Shown here one piece after another: positions 60,434 to 64,000 of a DNA stretch of 64,000 nt. The DNA is taken from positions 416,001 through 480,000 of the forward strand of contig CAWJKZ010000019.1 of NCBI GenBank assembly GCA_963843575.1, given 5' to 3'. Every line of letters starts with the position of its first letter. The stretch's first letter is position 1. Position numbers and translations under genes: made by a program. The stretch is from an uncultured Acidobacteriota bacterium (GTDB lineage Bacteria; Acidobacteriota; UBA6911). The notes below the pieces were generated by a model that was not told the origin of the DNA, ran no database searches, and was given only the letters and a program-made list of their open reading frames with translations.

Positions 60434-61265
60434 GGACCGCATTCTCCCGGACATATCTCTCGACGGGGGACTCGCCTTCGGAGGGCCGCTGGTCGGTGTA
60501 CTGGAACGCCTCCGCGTAGGCGCAGCCGTGGCTCCTGCCCAGCTCCTCGTACTCGGCCAGCAGGAACTTCCGGACGTACTCGCGGTCGGCCGTCCGGTCG
60601 TCGCCACCGAGGAGCGGCAGCCGGCGCCCCTCCCGCGCCAGCCTGGACCTCAGCTTCGACCCGGCGCCGCCGTCCCCCTGCGACCGGCACTCGACGATGG
60701 CGTCGATCTTGCGCTCGATCACGGAGCTGATGTCAACGACGCGGTTGGACGGCTGGCCCGGGCGCGCCACGAAGTAGTACCGCTCCCGGACGGCGTGCGG
60801 CAGTATCCCGGCCTCGGCGTGTTCCGGGTAGTCCCCCGCCATGCCCGACATCCAGCACGCCTCCTCGACGGCCCGCCCCGTCACCCAGTGATCGGGGTTC
60901 TCCTCGCCGTGCCCCCACGGGTTGAAGCTCAGGACGATGTCGACCTTGAGGTGCCGGAAGAGGAAGATCAGCCGCGACCGCAGCTCCTGGCTCGAGATGT
61001 CGTTCATCCGGTGATTGCGGTAGTAGAAATCGAACACGCCGGAAACCCCCAGGGCGGTGGCCATCCGCTGGTGCTCCGCCTCGTTGCTCTTTATGTTGAG
61101 GGCCGGGGAGCCTCCGCCGCACTTCTCGTCGTTGGTGGTGCGGATGATGTAGCCGGCGGCGCCCTCCTGGACCAGCTTGGCCAGGGTGCCGCCGCAGTAG
61201 TACGGGATGTCGTCCAGGTGCGCGTGGACCGCAGCGAAGACTTTGCCGGTGTGTGGATTCGACAT
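60414..61265 (-). CDS. PIG-L/LmbE family deacetylase (no signal peptide)
   Basis: AH.DD....GGT, NPDH and YAEAF. The last codons SGSGL* are read from the REP. Confidence 0.88.
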   Translation of the reverse strand: MSNPHTGKVFAAVHAHLDDIPYYCGGTLAKLVQEGAAGYIIRTTNDEKCGGGSPALNIKSNEAEHQRMATALGVSGVFDFYYRNHRMNDISSQELRSRLIFLFRHLKVDIVLSFNPWGHGEENPDHWVTGRAVEEACWMSGMAGDYPEHAEAGILPHAVRERYYFVARPGQPSNRVVDISSVIERKIDAIVECRSQGDGGAGSKLRSRLAREGRRLPLLGGDDRTADREYVRKFLLAEYEELGRSHGCAYAEAFQYTDQRPSEGESPVERYVRENAVPSGSGL

Positions 61266-61283
61266 GATGGCCCTCAGCAAAAG

Positions 61284-62512
61284 AAAAGGCAAGCATGATC
61301 CCAAGTGGGTCCGGGCTTCAGCCCGGACGTTTTTAAAACCGTTTCATATCGTGACAGACGCACCGCGTAGCCACTGCAAAAGGCAAGCATGATCCCAAGT
61401 GGGTCCGGGCTTCAGCCCGGACGTTTTTAAAACCGTTTCGTATCGTGACAGACGCACTGCGTAGCCACTGCAAAAGGCAAGCATGATCCCAAGTGGGTCC
61501 GGGCTTCAGCCCGGACGTTTTTAAAACCGTTTCATATCGTGACAGACGCACCGCGTAGCCACTGCAAAAGGCAAGCATGATCCCAAGTGGGTCCGGGCTT
61601 CAGCCCGGACGTTTTCAAAACCGTTTCATATCGTGACAGACGCACCGCGTAGCCACTGCAAAAGGCAAGCATGATCCCAAGTGGGTCCGGGCTTCAGCCC
61701 GGACGTTTTCAAAACCGTTTCATATCGTGACAGACGCACCGCGTAGCCACTGCAAAAGGCAAGCATGATCCCAAGTGGGTCCGGGCTTCAGCCCGGACGT
61801 TCTTAAAACCGTTCCGTATCGTGACAGATGCACTCAATAGCGACTGCAAAAGGCGTCCGGGCTGAAGCCCGGACCCACTAAGTGTGCGCACATGACGTTT
61901 TCAAAACCGTTTCATATCGTGACAGACGCACCGCGTAGCCACTGCAAAAGGCAAGCATGATCCCAAGTGGGTCCGGGCTTCAGCCCGGACGTTCTTAAAA
62001 CCGTTCCGTATCGTGACAGATGCACTCAATAGCGACTGCAAAAGGCGTCCGGGCTGAAGCCCGGACCCACTAAGTGTGCGCACATGACGTTTTTAAAACC
62101 GTTTCATATCGTGACAGACGCACTCAATAGCGACTGCAAAAGGCGTCCGGGCTGAAGCCCGGACCCACTAAGTGTGCGCACATGACGTTCTTAAAACCGT
62201 TCCGTATCGTGACAGATGCACTCAATAGCGACTGCAAAAGGCGTCCGGGCTGAAGCCCGGACCCACTAAGTGTGCGCACATGACGTTTTTAAAACCGTTT
62301 CATATCGTGACAGATGCACTCAATAGCGACTGCAAAAGGCGTCCGGGCTGAAGCCCGGACCCACTAAGTGTGCGCACATGACGTTTTTAAAACCGTTCCG
62401 TATCGTGACAGATGCACTCAATAGCGACTGCAAAAGGCGTCCGGGCTGAAGCCCGGACCCACTAAGTGTGCGCACATGACGATTTTAAAACCGTTTCATA
62501 TCGTGACAGATG
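61284..62512. repeat. Tandem REP array (BIME/REPIN-derived): 7 forward and 6 reverse REPs in 94- and 98-bp units
   Basis: AAGCATGATCCCAAGTGGG at 61291, 61385, 61479, 61573, 61667, 61761 and 61953. TAAGTGTGCGCACATG at 61879, 62071, 62169, 62267, 62365 and 62463. Confidence 0.95.
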
Positions 62513-62524
62513 CGTATATTTGTT

Positions 62525-63478
62525 TTACCGAAGCGGGACTGCGTTTCGGCGAATGTACTCCTCCATCGTCGGGGTGTATCCGGCGGCGGGCCCGACGTAG
62601 TGAAATGCCTCCGCATACTGGACGCCGTGCGTGCTCCCGAGCGCCCTCGCCCCTTCCATCAGAAACTCCCTGACGTACTGATAATTCGCGGTCCGGTCGT
62701 CGGACCCGAGGAGCGGCAGCTTCCTGTTTTCCCGCGCGAGCCTCTCGCGCAGCGCGACGCCTGCGTTTCCGGCCGGACCCTGCGCCTTGTTGGCGAGGTT
62801 GGCCTCGATCTTCCGCTCGATGACGGAGCCGATGTCGACGACCCGGTTGACGATCTGCGGGCCGCGCGCGTGGTAGTACTTCTCGGTGACGGCGTGCGGC
62901 CGGATGCCGGCGGCGGCGTGTTCTGGGTAATCCTTGCCGCCGCCGGCCATCCAGCAGGCGGCTTCTACGGCGCGCGCCGTGACGTAGTGGTCGGGGTTTT
63001 CCTCGTACGGCGCCCACGGGTCGTACGATATGACCGTGTCCACCTTCAGCACTCGGAACAGAAATATCAGCCGCGCCTTGAGCTCGATGATGTCGACCTC
63101 TTCCATCGAGTGGTTGCGGTATCCGAGGTCGAAGGCCTTCTTCAGGCCGAGCGCGCGGGCGACCTCCTGGTTGTCGATCTCGTTGGCCACGACGGTATCC
63201 CCAAGGGTCCCCGGGCCGGCGTGGTCGTCGTTGCTGGTGCGGATCAGGTAGCCGGTGTACCCCTCCCGGACGAGTTTCGCCACCGTGCCGCCGGCGAAGA
63301 GCGGGATGTCGTCGGCGTGCGGCTGGATGGCGGCCAGCACCTTGCCGCGGTGCGGCTGCCCGGCGCGGTCGCGTTCGACGACCACCTCCTCGGCGCGCTC
63401 CGCCGGCGCGGCCGGGAGCGCGCAGCCGCCCAACGCCGCCCCCGCCACCGTCCTGCCCAGAAAATCTCTCCGGTCCAT
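62525..63478 (-). CDS. Tat-exported PIG-L/LmbE family deacetylase
   Basis: DRRDFL, PHADD....GGT, EENPDH and YAEAF. Paralog of 60414-61265. Confidence 0.9.
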   Translation of the reverse strand: MDRRDFLGRTVAGAALGGCALPAAPAERAEEVVVERDRAGQPHRGKVLAAIQPHADDIPLFAGGTVAKLVREGYTGYLIRTSNDDHAGPGTLGDTVVANEIDNQEVARALGLKKAFDLGYRNHSMEEVDIIELKARLIFLFRVLKVDTVISYDPWAPYEENPDHYVTARAVEAACWMAGGGKDYPEHAAAGIRPHAVTEKYYHARGPQIVNRVVDIGSVIERKIEANLANKAQGPAGNAGVALRERLARENRKLPLLGSDDRTANYQYVREFLMEGARALGSTHGVQYAEAFHYVGPAAGYTPTMEEYIRRNAVPLR

Positions 63479-63497
63479 GGCCCTCCTCCGTGTGGCG

Positions 63498-64000
63498 TCA
63501 GACTGCACGGGGATAATCGACGACGGCGCGTATCGCGTCCTCCAGTTGCTCGACGTTGACGGGCTTGGTCAGGTGCGCCGCGAACCCCGCGGCGCGGCTC
63601 GCCGCGATGTCCTGCTCCCGGCCGTAGCCGCTGAGCGCGATGCCCGGGAGCATCCGTCCCCCGTCCCGCAGGGCGCGCATGAGATCGAGCCCGCTCCCGT
63701 CCGGCAGCCCCAGGTCGCTGATCAAGAGGTCGAAGCCGCCCGGCTCGGCCGCGGCGCTCAGGGCGGATGCCATGTCCGCCGCCCCGGACACCTCGTGCCC
63801 CTGCCCCTCCAGCACCAGCTTCATCATATCGGCCGTGTCCCCGTGGTCCTCGACCAGGAGGATCCTCAGGCTGCGGGATCGGGTTTCCGGGCGGCGCACG
63901 GCCTCGGCCTGTCGCCGCGGCGGCAGGCTCGGCACCATCGGCAGCGTGATCGAGAATGTGGTGCCCTTGCCCGGGCCTTCGCTCGCGGCCCGAATCGTGC
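63498..64000 (-). CDS. Hybrid histidine kinase, C-terminal part (HATPase end plus receiver); partial
   Basis: SEGPGKGTTF.ITLP, then ILLVEDH, SDLGLPD.SG and HLTKPV. Confidence 0.9.
   Translation of the reverse strand, partial: TIRAASEGPGKGTTFSITLPMVPSLPPRRQAEAVRRPETRSRSLRILLVEDHGDTADMMKLVLEGQGHEVSGAADMASALSAAAEPGGFDLLISDLGLPDGSGLDLMRALRDGGRMLPGIALSGYGREQDIAASRAAGFAAHLTKPVNVEQLEDAIRAVVDYPRAV

Noticed and set aside
61333-62083. Short repeated ORFs within the REP array
   Set aside because: They are by-products of the tandem repeat, with no RBS or coding signature.
61284-62512. Possible CRISPR array
   Set aside because: The sequences between palindromes are near-identical rather than unique spacers, the palindrome flips orientation, the same unit is dispersed through the window, and there are no cas genes.

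Overview
High-GC bacterial chromosomal segment, probably Acidobacteriota. This is inferred from two Oar-type TonB-dependent receptors, several Tat-exported Gfo/Idh/MocA oxidoreductases, DUF1080, GH95 and a kinase beta-propeller tail. It has about 52 protein genes, mainly for carbohydrate use, transport and regulation. I saw no rRNA, tRNA, CRISPR array or transposase. Several genes are broken by single-base indels, densest at 16.4-18.2 kb and 52.6-54.7 kb, which look like long-read assembly errors. The most striking structure is intergenic, with at least five families of dispersed repeats. (1) GTGG-footed REP/REPIN doublets, including a 1.2-kb tandem array of 94/98-bp units at 61.3-62.5 kb. (2) GGAG-footed REP doublets. 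(3) About 9-nt-periodic CACGGA/CGCGGA elements. (4) CTCGAAG micro-arrays at gene ends. (5) A ~105-bp AT-rich element present 7 times (GGGGACGGACC end, IHF-like box, CTTATTT..AAATAAG inverted repeat). Its G-rich end sits at gene starts, stops or truncation points, and direct pairs of it bracket single genes. Element (5) is my best candidate for an undescribed recombination or mobility system. Other oddities are an A-A-T NRPS, an EF-P with a non-canonical loop, a Nal1-like protease followed by a stand-alone prodomain-like lipoprotein, and mirror-image ECF promoters.
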